A stretch of 63,716 nt of DNA, the filler included, from Octopus bimaculoides (lineage: Eukaryota): NCBI RefSeq assembly GCF_001194135.2. It is 5 parts of 5 records of this genome, joined end to end, with 100 filler letters (N's around TTAATTAATTAA, not from the genome) between each part and the next. Parts side by side here need not be neighbours in the genome. Positions count along the whole stretch, not along the records: positions 45,641 to 55,448 come from NC_068989.1; positions 55,549 to 63,716 come from NC_068998.1; 3 more parts are not named here. One strand, written 5' to 3'. Below the pieces are notes generated by a model. That model worked only from the letters and a program-made list of their open reading frames with translations, did no database searches and was not told where the DNA came from. Each line of letters begins with the position of its first letter. Position 1 is the first letter of the stretch. This document shows positions 51,158 to 63,716 of this stretch, in pieces. A program made the translations under genes and the position numbers.

Positions 51158-51524
51158 ATATATATGTTGATTACATGCATATACGAAAGGGTGCTGCTCT
51201 TCCCGAATATCTCCGATCTGGTATTTAAATAGAAACTTTAGGTATACAATTTTTTTTAAGATTATCATTTTCTTGGATCTGCAGAGATCAACGTAGTTGC
51301 TTATATTTTTGTTGAGTTCTGGTTGTTCGATGATAATCTATTATATTATATGCCATATTCTGAATTTCTTACGTTTAATTTCTAAATTCAGTCAGCAATT
51401 TTTTTTTCTGCTAGGTTTATATGCATGTCTAGCAGAAGAGAATATATTACCATAGAATCTTTGCTTAAATTTCCTTTGTTGCATTGATGTGGGTTTATTT
51501 CACATCTTCATGCTTTGTAAGCGT

Positions 51525-51660
51525 GCTATGAAAAGCCTTAGCACAAGAAATTCCAGCCTTTACAAATATAGCAATATTTGATAACGCAGCCTCCAACTAC
51601 AAGAATGTTTTACGAGCTAGCAAGCTCGAAGATAAAATTAACTTCCCTCCTTCAATACAG
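51525..51660 (+). mobile_element. Penelope-like element RT C-terminal remnant (frameshifted)
   Basis: KSLSTRNSSL/(fs)/NIAIFDNAASNYKNVLRASKLEDKINF resembles the PLE-type IF..AA..Y..AL..SG motif, as recalled. Confidence 0.4.
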
Positions 51661-52024
51661 CAAACACGATAAAATTAACTTCCCTTCTTCAATACACCTT
51701 GCACACTAAATAAATCGGGACCCATTTTACTCAATGCTTGTTATTATATAGCAGGGAGTAGCCTAAGCTTTATGAAAACCAACAGCATTTCTTTTTTTCA
51801 TACGTAGATGCGAAAGTTTTGTATGAAACGAGATGAAAATTACCTACAGCTGTACCACGAACATGAAGCGTCTTGAATTTTTAATCGAATGAATCGACCA
51901 CCGAGCTATTTTTTGAAAAAATATGGTACTCCTTTCATCAGTTAGTGGCTGGATTGAACTCACCAAACTTAAGTAGAACCTAGAAAACAGATATACGCAC
52001 ACACATACATATGTTTATGCATAA

Positions 52025-52195
52025 ACGTTTGTGTAGTAAGAATCTTACTTACCAACCACACGTTTCTGGGTTCAATCCCACTGCGTGACGTCTTGGGCAA
52101 GTGTTTTCTATAAAAGTCTCGGGCTGACGAAAGCTTTGTGAGTGGATTTGGTGGACAGAAACTGAATGAAACCCGTCGTGTAACTATGTATGTGT

Positions 52196-52233
<38 letters not shown>

Positions 52234-52470
52234 TTTTGTGTCTGTGTTTGCCCCCCCCCCACCACTTGACAACTGATGTTTATGTCCCCGTAACCTAGCG
52301 GTTCGTTAAAATAACCGACTGAATAAATACTAGGCTTATCGGTAAAATAACCGACTGAATAAGTACTAGGCTTAGAAAGAATAAGTCCTGGGGACGATTT
52401 GTTTGACTAATAGGCGGTGCTCCAGCATGGCCGCAGTCAAATGAATGAAACAAATAAAAGAATAAAAGAA
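52025..52470 (+). mobile_element. SINE family B with an internal duplication
   Basis: Family B body; TAAAATAACCGACTGAATAA(A/G)TACTAGGCTTA is duplicated at about 52307-52375. Confidence 0.75.
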
Positions 52471-52797
52471 TGTATATATGTATGTATGTACGTTTTTATC
52501 TATCTATCTATCTATCAATCTATCTTTCTATCTACCTCTCTCTCTCTCTCTCTATCTATCTATCTAGCGATATAAACACCAGTGCTTCTATGCACCAAAA
52601 GTTCATATGAAAGGTTCTGGTTTTCTCATGGTAAATAACGCAGTATTGTGTGTTCTAACACAACATCAACTTCTAAGTAGAGATATTTATTACCTTTTGG
52701 CACTACAACTGCTTCTGTCGCTATTAAACACATCTATTGTATATCTGTCTAGTCTTCTATCTCTCTCTCGTCTGTCCTTTCTCGCTCTCTCTTTCTC

Positions 52798-52840
<43 letters not shown>

Positions 52841-53473
52841 NNNNNNNNNNNNNNNNNNNNNNNNNNNNNNNNNNNNNNNNNNNNNNNNNNNNNNNNNNNN
52901 NNNNNNNNNNNNNNNNNNNNNNNNNNNNNNNNNNNNNNNNNNNNNNNNNNNNNNNNNNNNNNNNNNNNNNNNNNNNNNNNNNNNNNNNNNNNNNNNNNNN
53001 NNNNNNNNNNNNNNNNNNNNNNNNNNNNNNNNNNNNNNNNNNNNNNNNNNNNNNNNNNNNNNNNNNNNNNNNNNNNNNNNNNNNNNNNNNNNNNNNNNNN
53101 NNNNNNNNNNNNNNNNNNNNNNNNNNNNNNNNNNNNNNNNNNNNNNNNNNNNNNNNNNNNNNNNNNNNNNNNNNNNNNNNNNNNNNNNNNNNNNNNNNNN
53201 NNNNNNNNNNNNNNNNNNNNNNNNNNNNNNNNNNNNNNNNNNNNNNNNNNNNNNNNNNNNNNNNNNNNNNNNNNNNNNNNNNNNNNNNNNNNNNNNNNNN
53301 NNNNNNNNNNNNNNNNNNNNNNNNNNNNNNNNNNNNNNNNNNNNNNNNNNNNNNNNNNNNNNNNNNNNNNNNNNNNNNNNNNNNNNNNNNNNNNNNNNNN
53401 NNNNNNNNNNNNNNNNNNNNNNNNNNNNNNNNNNNNNNNNNNNNNNNNNNNNNNATATATGTGTGTATGTATA

Positions 53474-53514
<41 letters not shown>

Positions 53515-54732
53515 ATATATATATATATATATACGTGCATATGTTTGTGTCTGTGTTTGTATGTTGTGTGAATCTGTGACCTAACCACTCGTGTTCAGTT
53601 ATATTTTGGTCTTATCAAAAGGAATTGATTCGAGATAACAAAACAAAAGCCTCTTATAGTTAACATATTTCTACGCGAGTAAATTACTTCGAAAATGTTT
53701 TTACAAAAGTTTTCACACATCAATTTTCCCTAACTGCTCTTTTATTTCAATCCTTTAAATTATAAAATAAAAAGATACAGATACGGACAGAATTTTACCA
53801 TCAAACACTGGATAATACGAATAATGTAGCATGAATAGGATACACTACCTATATTTTGCAGAAACATCTGACGGCAGCCAGCCATGAGCATCGAACATCC
53901 CTGTGATTACGCGTCTAGTGTATTACCATTAAGTTAAACTGACCGAACGACAAGGATGTGAGTTCGAGTCTCTTGACTGGACGCCGACAGATTTTTCTAC
54001 AAAATATGGATAGTTTATTCTATATTATTAGCTTTATCCTGCATTTGAGAATAAAATTATTTCCTTGTCTGCATCTTTCAATATATTTCAACGCTTATAA
54101 AGCAAACTTTGTTTGTTGACTTTCAACGTAAGTTGAATTTAATATAAAATAAAAGATTATGAATTCAAATAAATCTCCGCTAACAGTGCTTCAGAAATAG
54201 ATGTTTTCAGATCGAAGTCTATGGCTTTCTGATTTGGAAGATTGATGTCCAAAACTTATTCGCTTTTGTAACTCTTCCCTTGCAGTGTCGCATCCCCCGA
54301 AATCTAAATTCTTATAATCTACCTTTCACTCTTTGGTTCTTTCTGTCATTCGACTACGGCCATACTAGCGCACCACGGTGAAAGGTTTTTGTCAAATAGA
54401 ACGACCCTAGTGGTTATTTTAAAATCTGCTGCTTATTCTTTTGGTTTATATTATCGAAACGCTAGGGTGCAAGGACATAAATATATCGACACCGGTTATC
54501 AAGCAGCAGTGGCGAAAACCGCAGAGTCAAGGATACGCACACACACACGCACACGCACACGCGCGCGCATATACATACATGCCTGCATATCTGTATCTAT
54601 CCCTCTACGCATATGTATATCTATCTATATCCATATACACACACATATATAGACATACATATTAACACATAAATAGATATATACATACATACATACATAC
54701 ATACATACATACATACACACACACACATACAC

Positions 54733-54795
<63 letters not shown>

Positions 54796-55032
54796 GTGTA
54801 TATATATAAATAACAGCAGATGGATAATATGTCAATTCACTATGCACACACATGAGCTGCATCTGCCGTTGGCTTTCGAATGTGTTCGAATGTTGCGGTT
54901 CATGTATTCACCTGATGAGAACGGGTTTACCAATGATGTAATGTCCCCATTAATTAATTAAAATTCGTTGGAAACAGCTGTAGCAAATTGACACATTCTT
55001 CATCTGTTTTTATCTGTTTATTAATTATTTAC

Positions 55033-55182
55033 CGCACTCGGAACCTCATCTTCACGTGATCCAAAGAATATCATGGACCATACATTTCGTACAATGTGCG
55101 TTTCTTGATTAGCCTCTAGGCTATCGATATCACTCAGTTGATTACAGTTAATCGTATACATAACCTGGATATCTTTCGGTAG
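55033..55182 (-). CDS. Candidate next exon of the same gene (LPKDIQVMYTINCNQLSDIDSLEANQETHIVRNVWSMIFFGSREDEVPSA)
   Basis: 150-nt open frame in phase 0/0, compatible with 55743-55910, with a GTAAAT donor. The acceptor pyrimidine tract is weak; an alternative CCAG acceptor would start the exon at 55164. Confidence 0.35.
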
Positions 55183-55548
55183 CTGCGAACGTATTCCTCT
55201 CTTTTTGCAGTGTATACATTTTAGTTTTCACTCGACCCGGTGCCTTACTATTCAATTGCCTGACTCTCTTCTATCCTGATCTATTATATATACATACATA
55301 CATACATACATGTGTATATACGAGGTGTGTATGAAAAGTCTTGAGCTTTAAAAAAAATATTGGTGGAATATTTTCCACGTGGTGCAAATAATGTATCGCT
55401 CAACGGGGACGTTGCAGAGAATATATATATATATATATATATATATATNNNNNNNNNNNNNNNNNNNNNNNNNNNNNNNNNNNNNNNNNNNNTTAATTAA
55501 TTAANNNNNNNNNNNNNNNNNNNNNNNNNNNNNNNNNNNNNNNNNNNN

Positions 55549-55589
<41 letters not shown>

Positions 55590-55742
55590 ATACACACATG
55601 CATGTTATAAACATGTGCATATATATGTAAATATATATGCATGGGGATAAATAAGAATGTACGTGTATATATATGTGTGTGTATATAATATATGCACAAA
55701 CATACTGCATCTATATTTTTTCTACACTCACATCTCTCTTAC

Positions 55743-55910
55743 ATAATGTATGCAAGAATGTTTTAGTGTTAAAGATGTAAATGATTTAATTGAATCGAAT
55801 TCAACGCTGGCATCAAGGAAATCTTCACATCTATCTCCTGCTGTGTTAATAAGATTGAACGCACCATTTATTACTTGTGCCGTTTGTGAGTTGATGGTGA
55901 ACTGAACAGG
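55743..55910 (-). CDS. Internal exon of an unidentified gene (PVQFTINSQTAQVINGAFNLINTAGDRCEDFLDASVEFDSIKSFTSLTLKHSCIHY)
   Basis: 168-nt unique island between microsatellites, with a CACTCAG acceptor, GTAAGA donor, phase 0/0, no stops and globular-protein-like composition. Confidence 0.5.
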
Positions 55911-55962
55911 CTGAGTGTAAATTGTTTGAGATTGTGTATATAAACAACCCCACCCCCACTCC

Positions 55963-55989
<27 letters not shown>

Positions 55990-55994
<5 letters not shown>

Positions 55995-56690
55995 TTATAT
56001 ATACACTGTGTGTCTAAACAAAGGCATGAAACAGATAGACAGATAGAAATGTGCATGTGTATGTTTGCATGCTTTCATATGTATATGTGTATGCTTCAAA
56101 TGTGTGTGTTGGCTTTTATATATTGTGTGCACGTACTTCTGTATGTGTATTTGCTTGTGTGTGTGTGTGTGTGTTTGCGTTTGCTTTTTATGTGTATATT
56201 TGTGTGGGTGCTTTTGTGTGTCTGCGCGTGTGTGCACGTGCACTCATGTGTATATCAGTGTGTGCACTTTTATGTGTGTGTGTGCTTTTGTATGTATATT
56301 TGAGTGTGCACGTGCTTGTATATGTGTGCGCTTGTGTGTGTGTGTACTTGTGTATGTATGTATATGCTTGCTTGAGTAAGTGTGTGTGTGCTTGTATATA
56401 TATGTGCGTGCTTATGTATATATGTGTGTGCTTGTGTATGTATGTGTGTGTATGTATGTGTGCTTGTGTATATATGTGTGTGTATGTATGTGTACTTGTG
56501 TATGTGTGTGCTTGTATATATATATTTGTGTGTGCTTATATACGTATATTTGTGTGTGCGTTTATATACGTGTATTTGGGTTTTCGAATGTTTGTATGTG
56601 TGCACATGCTTCATATGCAGGTGTGTGCATGTGTTTTTATATATATATATATATGTGTGTGTATGTGTATATATTTTGTATACATAATTG
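55990..56690. repeat. Degenerate (TG/TA)n microsatellite field
   Basis: GTGTGTATATGTGTGC-type repeats; this explains the C/V/Y/M-rich pseudo-ORFs. Confidence 0.9.
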
Positions 56691-59600
56691 GTACATTTTA
56701 CTCATTTCTGTTTGATGCACAGATTCCAATTTCAATATCAATTTCCAGGAAGGTGTAGTTTGCCAATTATGAAAATCAGAACCATCTCTTTTCTTTGTTT
56801 GTTTAGAGAAATTATTAATAATAAAAATAAGTCGCAAACTATTAAATATTTAAATTTATAGTATTTTAAACTAATCAGATTTATCTAAGTGTAATATCCC
56901 ATCACAGATCGATGTTATTTGTACAGATTCCCATAGCAATCTATTGAAGCCATCTGAGAATTAGGGTTAGATTAAGGTGAAGGGTCAGGGTTTAAAATAT
57001 AAGGGTTAAGGTAAGAATTTTTGAGGTTAGGGTTTCGGGTTAGTCTTTGGGTTTGTGGTACATTGCAAAATTTCATTGCAAGTACGAATTTTTATCTGAA
57101 TGCTAAAGGGTTAAAACAGGTAGTTTATACCTAGAACCAGGGCTGATCTTGAGCAAGTTGGTATCAAAAGGGTTACACATTCAGTGACATCTTTTTTCTC
57201 AAAAAGGTAGGAAATGGCTGGTCAAAATCCTTAGAGTATTGGGAAAAAATGGTTTATAGTATTTCTTCCAGCTCTTTATGTTCTGAGTTCAGATCCTGCT
57301 GAGCTCCGCATTGTCTTTGAGGCTTTTGGGGTTTTATCTTGGGGTCGATAAAATAAAGCCAAAATTAAACGCTGGGGTTGATGGTTTTGACTGACTCTGC
57401 TCCCTTGAAGCATTGCCGGCCTTGTGCCTAAATTAAAATCCATTATTAATTTCTGAAAAACTAACAAATTATGATCGCTGTAGTCAAACATCAAAACTTG
57501 ATGTGGTGCTTTCCATAAGATCACAGTGACACGAAGTAAATGAATGGATGAGGTTGGTTAGAATTACAAAAAACGATTGCAATCTTTTAAAGTTCATAAC
57601 TTCATTAATTTCTCTAGAAAATGTATATGATTTTCATAATTGTCATGCAAACCAAAAATTTCTCTTTCTCTCTCTTTCTACAAACATGCTTCCATGCACG
57701 CATAAACACACACAATTGCGTGCTTTTAATTATGTTTAGAATTTCAACACTACCTTAGGTTTCCTGCTTTATAATTTGCAATTTTCAAGTGTTACATTTA
57801 AAAAAAAGATGATGCTAATCTTATGGAAAATGCCGAATATCCATAAATAAAAGTATTGAGTACTGATTAACACTATTTTATACATACATGTAAATATTGT
57901 ATACACACATGCACACATCTATGCATATATTATACATGTCATTATTACCATTTAACATCCAAGTCCCTTGCTGGATAGATTGGACAATGTGTATACTTGC
58001 GTGTGTCTGAACTTTCTGTCCGCAGAAGCCATGATAGATATTTGGCCAAACACCATTCAATTTTTTTTCTCCGTGTTTTTCTCCTTGTTTTCTCCTTATT
58101 CTAATACATCTTTTTGTTGTTTACACCACCTGTCCTCGTCTGTTGTTGTTTTTTTTCGTACATTCTCCCATATATATATACACATATACATATCTATAAA
58201 TATGTGTGTGTGCATATATATATATATATANNNNNNNNNNNNNNNNNNNNNNNNNNNNNNNNNNNNNNNNNNNNNNNNNNNNNNNNNNNNNNNNNNNNNN
58301 NNNNNNNNNNNNNNNNNNNNNNNNNNNNNNNNNNNNNNNNNNNNNNNNNNNNNNNNNNNNNNNNNNNNNNNNNNNNNNNNNNNNNNNNNNNNNNNNNNNN
58401 NNNNNNNNNNNNNNNNNNNNNNNNNNNNNNNNNNNNNNNNNNNNNNNNNNNNNNNNNNNNNNNNNNNNNNNNNNNNNNNNNNNNNNNNNNNNNNNNNNNN
58501 NNNNNNNNNNNNNNNNNNNNNNNNNNNNNNNNNNNNNNNNNNNNNNNNNNNNNNNNNNNNNNNNNNNNNNNNNNNNNNNNNNNNNNNNNNNNNNNNNNNN
58601 NNNNNNNNNNNNNNNNNNNNNNNNNNNNNNNNNNNNNNNNNNNNNNNNNNNNNNNNNNNNNNNNNNNNNNNNNNNNNNNNNNNNNNNNNNNNNNNNNNNN
58701 NNNNNNNNNNNNNNNNNNNNNNNNNNNNNNNNNNNNNNNNNNNNNNNNNNNNNNNNNNNNNNNNNNNNNNNNNNNNNNNNNNNNNNNNNNNNNNNNNNNN
58801 NNNNNNNNNNNNNNNNNNNNNNNNNNNNNNNNNNNNNNNNNNNNNNNNNNNNNNNNNNNNNNNNNNNNNNNNNNNNNNNNNNNNNNNNNNNNNNNNNNNN
58901 NNNNNNNNNNNNNNNNNNNNNNNNNNNNNNNNNNNNNNNNNNNNNNNNNNNNNNNNNNNNNNNNNNNNNNNNNNNNNNNNNNNNNNNNNNNNNNNNNNNN
59001 NNNNNNNNNNNNNNNNNNNNNNNNNNNNNNNNNNNNNNNNNNNNNNNNNNNNNNNNNNNNNNNNNNNNNNNNNNNNNNNNNNNNNNNNNNNNNNNNNNNN
59101 NNNNNNNNNNNNNNNNNNNNNNNNNNNNNNNNNNNNNNNNNNNAGTGAGAGGGAACATAATCTGCCATATAAACCCGATCTATCTAAGAACAGTAATTGT
59201 ACAAAAAATATAATAAATACACACACACCCATATATATATATATATATATATTTGCATGTATATACATGCGCACACACACACACAAGCATAAAAATAAAT
59301 AATATAAAGATAAATAGCAAGAAAAAAAAGGAAGTATATTTTTGCTCACCAAACTGCTTGGTGGTGGAGGGGAAGGGCAGGTGGTGATTTGTTTGCAGTT
59401 GTCCATGGCTCTGCGATGTTATGTTTTCATTGCAGTGCGGTGCAATGTTTGTGCACATATTAACATGCTTGCCGTTAATACATAAAGCAGCTTTGTTTTT
59501 TTTTATATGTATATATATACATATATATTTTTTTGTTTGTTTGTGTGTGTGTGTGTGTGTGTGATGCTTTGGATTGGATATCAAAGCGAAAAATTTAAGA

Positions 59601-59705
59601 GTCTGATTCGATGTGATGAGAGAAGATGAAATGCAAAATGAGAGATGAAAATGAAATGCTTGTTTTATGATGGTGAAAAGCATGATTATTATTATTATTA
59701 TTATT

Positions 59706-60040
59706 ATGGCGAGCTGGCAGAATCATTAGCTCGCTGGACGAAATGCTTAGCAGTATTTCATCTCCCGCTACATTCTGAGTTCAAATTCCGCCAAGGTCGA
59801 CTTTGCCTTTTATCCTTTCGGGGTTGATAAATTAAGTACCAGTTGCGTACTGAGGTGGTGGGAGGGGCGATGTAACCAACTACTCCCTCCCCCAAATTTC
59901 AGGCCTTGTGCGAAATGCTTAGCAGTATTTTGCCTGCTGCTATGTTCTGAGTTCAAATTCCGCCAAAGTCAATTTTGGAGTTGATGCAATCAACTCGTCC
60001 GCTCCCCCAAAATTGCTGCTCTTGTGGCAAAATTTGTAAC
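59706..60040 (+). mobile_element. tRNA-like SINE family C (GGCGAGCTGGCAGAA head), with a partial second copy
   Basis: GGCGAGCTGGCAGAATC...GAAATGCTTAGC...GAGTTCAAATTCCGCC...GTCGACTTTGCC; recurs at 8.7-9.0, 40.8-41.1, 42.6, 46.5-46.9 and 57.3 kb. Confidence 0.78.
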
Positions 60041-62867
60041 CATTATTATTATTATTATTAGTATTACTACCACTACTACTATTGGGGAATGTAATTGTTT
60101 GGATTCTATTGCCAATTGTTTTTGCTTATTTACTGTTCACATGCATAGTCTAAGCCGCTCCATCCCTTGATAGTTTTGTGTAATGTTGTTTTGCTTTTTT
60201 CGTGTGGGCCCTTGTGGCCAATAAAGAAAGTATTATTATTATCACTCCCCATTTGCCCACCTTCCCAGAACCACCTTCACATTTCATCTCTAGTCCTCTA
60301 ATGCAAGTTTTAGACTCCTCAAACTGCTGCAAGAAATAAAACGAAATAAAATATTACCCTATTAATAGTACAGATGGTCAGTAGCGACGCCTGCTGGGTT
60401 CAGCTGCTCTACATTGATAGGGGAAAACACCCTGAAACTAGTCTATAGATGTCAGACCAGCAAGGGGAAGCGGCTGACCTCCCCTTCATTTCCAGTATTC
60501 TGCAAAAAACATTTGGCCAAAGGGCAATATGACTTTGCTTGGAAACAGCTATGGGTTAGTGACAGAAAAGGCTTCATATCATGGTTATCAACCTGCGGAT
60601 TCATAGGGCTGCTTACCTAGTTTCCGCAGCATGTATAGGACCAAGATCACAGCATTCTCCCTGAACAAGGCACCAGTCCATCACAGTTTTACTCATTTAG
60701 AGCTCAGTGGACAGGCTCAATGGGAAATGAAGTGCTTTGTGGGGTTTCCCTATACAACATTAACCACCATGTTTTGTAAGTTGTGTGGCAAGGAATCACT
60801 CACTATATTTCACCATAATAATGCCTCATAAATCAATAGAGTTCTGTGATGTAATTTCTTCATGTAAACATAAATTTTATTCTGCTGTTGCCCATTACAT
60901 ATTGCCTGATCTGGGAAACAAAACTACAATTGTGCTTCCATGAGTGCAAACAACCTAATGTATAAAACTCCCTTAGCAAACTCTGTCCAACCCCTGCAAG
61001 CAGGGAAAAAGCAGACATTAAAATGTCCAAATAAATTCTATTTAAGCAATGTTCTAGTAAAGGCTTGACACTGGCCTAACTTTCATTGGATTTTATTAAA
61101 TTTCCTTCTATATTTCCAAATGCTCTGCTCGATACTCCCTTTTCTGTTGTAGTCAACATTACATTCAACATTCTACCACTTTTTGTTCTCGTAATTTCTT
61201 CAACGAATGCAAATACATGCTCATGCATGTTTGCAAATGCATTTTTCCTTCCCATTTCCTCCCACCCCCTCTCCCTCATCCTTATTTTATTCTTTTCAGA
61301 CATTTTGTTTGTGTTTTTTGCATTGTTTTAATCTCTGATTGTCTTTCTCTCGCCCACCTTACTTTTATCTTAAAACCAAACGACTTTACTTTATGCTTTT
61401 AAGCATTTGCTGTTGATAAGTAGCACAGATTATCAGATATAAGAAGATTAATGTTAAGGGATTTATTAAAGACTGATTCTGATATGTTTGTTTTAAACTC
61501 ACTCGACTTTGACAAGTTTTCATTCAGCGAGGCTTCTTTTCCCTTTTTAGCATTGTTGTTGTTGTTGTTTTTTTGTTATCATTCTATTATTGCTGTCATC
61601 GTTAACATTATTAATATCATTCATTTTTGCTGTTGTTATAATTATTGTTGTTGTTGTTGCTACTGCTACTGTTGTTCACGTTAATTATTTTTTTTTTTTT
61701 TTCTTCCTTTCTCCTCTATTGTTATCTCAAGGCATCATGCCTGTGTCAGAAAATATCCCCCATCATCCCCACCACCACCACCACCACCATAATTATCATC
61801 ATCCTGGTTGTCACTGTTTCATTGTCACCACCTCCACCATCATCTCTGCCACCATCACTACATCACCACCACCAACATCATCGCATGCATCATCACCATC
61901 ATCACCATCATCATCATCACCATCATCACCACCACCACCCACTCCCTCTCCTCCTCCTCCTCCTCCTCCTCTCATCATCATTGATTTTCTTATAAACTAT
62001 TATTATTTCCATGTAAAATTGCAGTTATGAAATTTTAATATGAAGAAATTCCAAATGCTGCTGCAGTTGTTGTTGCTTTTGTTTTTGTTTTTGTTCTTGT
62101 TGCTGTTATGGAAATGATGGATGATATCGTCATCATCGTCTTACATTATGCCGCTTCCTTTTCTTGAAGAATTTCACAATAATTTCATCACATTATGACA
62201 GTTTGACTTATCTATTCGGTGGTGGTGGTGCTGCAGCAAGTGCTGGTGGGGGAATTTATTGTTTGTTTTGTTATTATCATTTTGCATTAACGATGACCAC
62301 AATTGCAACAGCTGTTTCAACAATGATAGCGGTAACGTCAAAAACAATTAGGTATTTAAGAGAGATGAAAGTTGTTTCATTACCACAACTGCAAACAACA
62401 GCAACGCAACTTGTGTGAAATATGAAATACTCAAAACTGGAACAGAAACGACAACGATAGAATTGTCATCATCATCATCATTGTCATCGTTAAGCATTCC
62501 TTTTTCTGTGCTCGTCTTGTAATGACATTCACCTAGGAGGGGGCTAAGCTGGCTTCTATTGAGTTAACTGCGTCATGGGTCAAGGCAGTCTACACATGTC
62601 TAATGATATATATGCGTGTGTATATATATATTTGTATATGTGTGTGTCTGTATTTGTGTGTCCCCTATCACCGTTTGACAATCAGTGCTGGTATGTTCAC
62701 ATCCCCTTAAGTTAGTGGTTCGGCAGCAGTCTGATAGAATAAGTAATAGGCTTAAAAAAATAAGTCCTGTGCAGCGGTGGGGTCAATATGTCTGATTAAA
62801 ACCCTTTGAGGTGGTGCTCCGGCATGGCCTCAGCCAAATAACTAAAACAAAAGAATATATTTATATA

Positions 62868-63296
62868 TACTCTTTTATACTCTTTTACTTGTTTCAGTCA
62901 TTTGACTGTGGCCATGCTGGAGCACGGCCTTTTGTTGAGCAAGTCGACCCCAGGACTTATTCTTTGTAAGCCTAGTACTTATTCTATCGGTCTCTTTTGC
63001 CGAACCGCTAAGTTACGGGGTCGTAAACAAACCACCATCAGTTGTCAAGCGATGCTGGGGGAATAAACATATACACACACACACACACATACTTATACAT
63101 ATATATATATATGTATATATATACATATATACGACGGACTTCTTTCAGTTTCCGTCTACCAAATCCACTCACAAGGCTTTGGTCAGCCCGAGGCTATAGT
63201 AGAATACATTTGCCCAAGGTGCCAGGCAGTGGGACTGAACCCGGAACCATGTGGTTCGTAAGCAAGCTACTTACCACTCAGCCACTCCTACGCCTA
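62868..63296 (-). mobile_element. SINE family B, full length
   Basis: Colinear with the other full-length copies. Confidence 0.87.
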
Positions 63297-63716
63297 TATA
63301 TATAAACTCATGTTTTGAGTTCTATCTTTCCTGTTTGTATCACCAAACCTCCACACACACACACATACACACGCACACAATTTATGATACCTGTTTTGGT
63401 AACATTCTATTTAATGCTGTCATAAAAGATTGCATCATAATATAAAGCTATCATCATCAGGGGAAATTGCATGTTATAATGTAACTTTTTATGAGTGCAT
63501 TAAATAAAATTCTACTGAAACAGCCATCGTAAGTGTTAAATGTCATTTTGTGTTTACTTTTTGTACTGCCATCACACCACTCACCCACTTGTGACTCAGG
63601 TCTAGGGTTACAAAATGGATTTGGCGCTTGCATGTCTACAGTATCCTACTGAAACTTGAAGTCTTCCAGCATGGAAAGTAGATGTTAAATGATGATGATG
63701 ATAAAGTTTGATGTAT

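Noticed and set aside
47221-59406. Long ORFs of 280-444 aa in the ORF track
   Set aside because: They are made of X from N gaps plus (TA)n/(CA)n translations.
61076-61560. ORFs on both strands at 61.1-61.6 kb
   Set aside because: There is no consistent acceptor and donor pair, the sequence grades into trinucleotide repeats, and no homology is recognisable.

Overview
Eukaryotic, repeat-saturated, gap-rich genomic DNA. The tRNA-derived SINE families and dense (TA)n/(CA)n/(GA)n microsatellites point to an octopus, probably an Octopus bimaculoides-type draft assembly (inference). The one confidently recognisable gene is WDR91 on the + strand. Six coding exons (12776-23457) splice in frame to 363 aa and include a U12-type AT-AC intron (19618-20820); I found no exons for the C-terminal WD40 repeats in the remaining 40 kb. 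Head-to-head with it is a probable first coding exon of a glycine N-acyltransferase-like gene (- strand, 4083-4163), with a candidate non-coding first exon next to the WDR91 start. Two in-phase minus-strand exons near 55-56 kb suggest an unidentified gene, and a 9-nt microexon candidate lies at 28.1 kb. The rest is at least four SINE families, hAT, mariner, Harbinger-like and piggyBac-like MITEs, LINE and Penelope remnants, minisatellites and telomere-like arrays. Almost all ORF-track entries are microsatellite or N-gap artefacts. There is no CRISPR array, rRNA or true tRNA. I cannot demonstrate a wholly new biological system here. The best leads are the AT-AC minor intron, an atypical minimal hammerhead-ribozyme-like motif in three dispersed repeats, the unidentified minus-strand exons and the bidirectional promoter.
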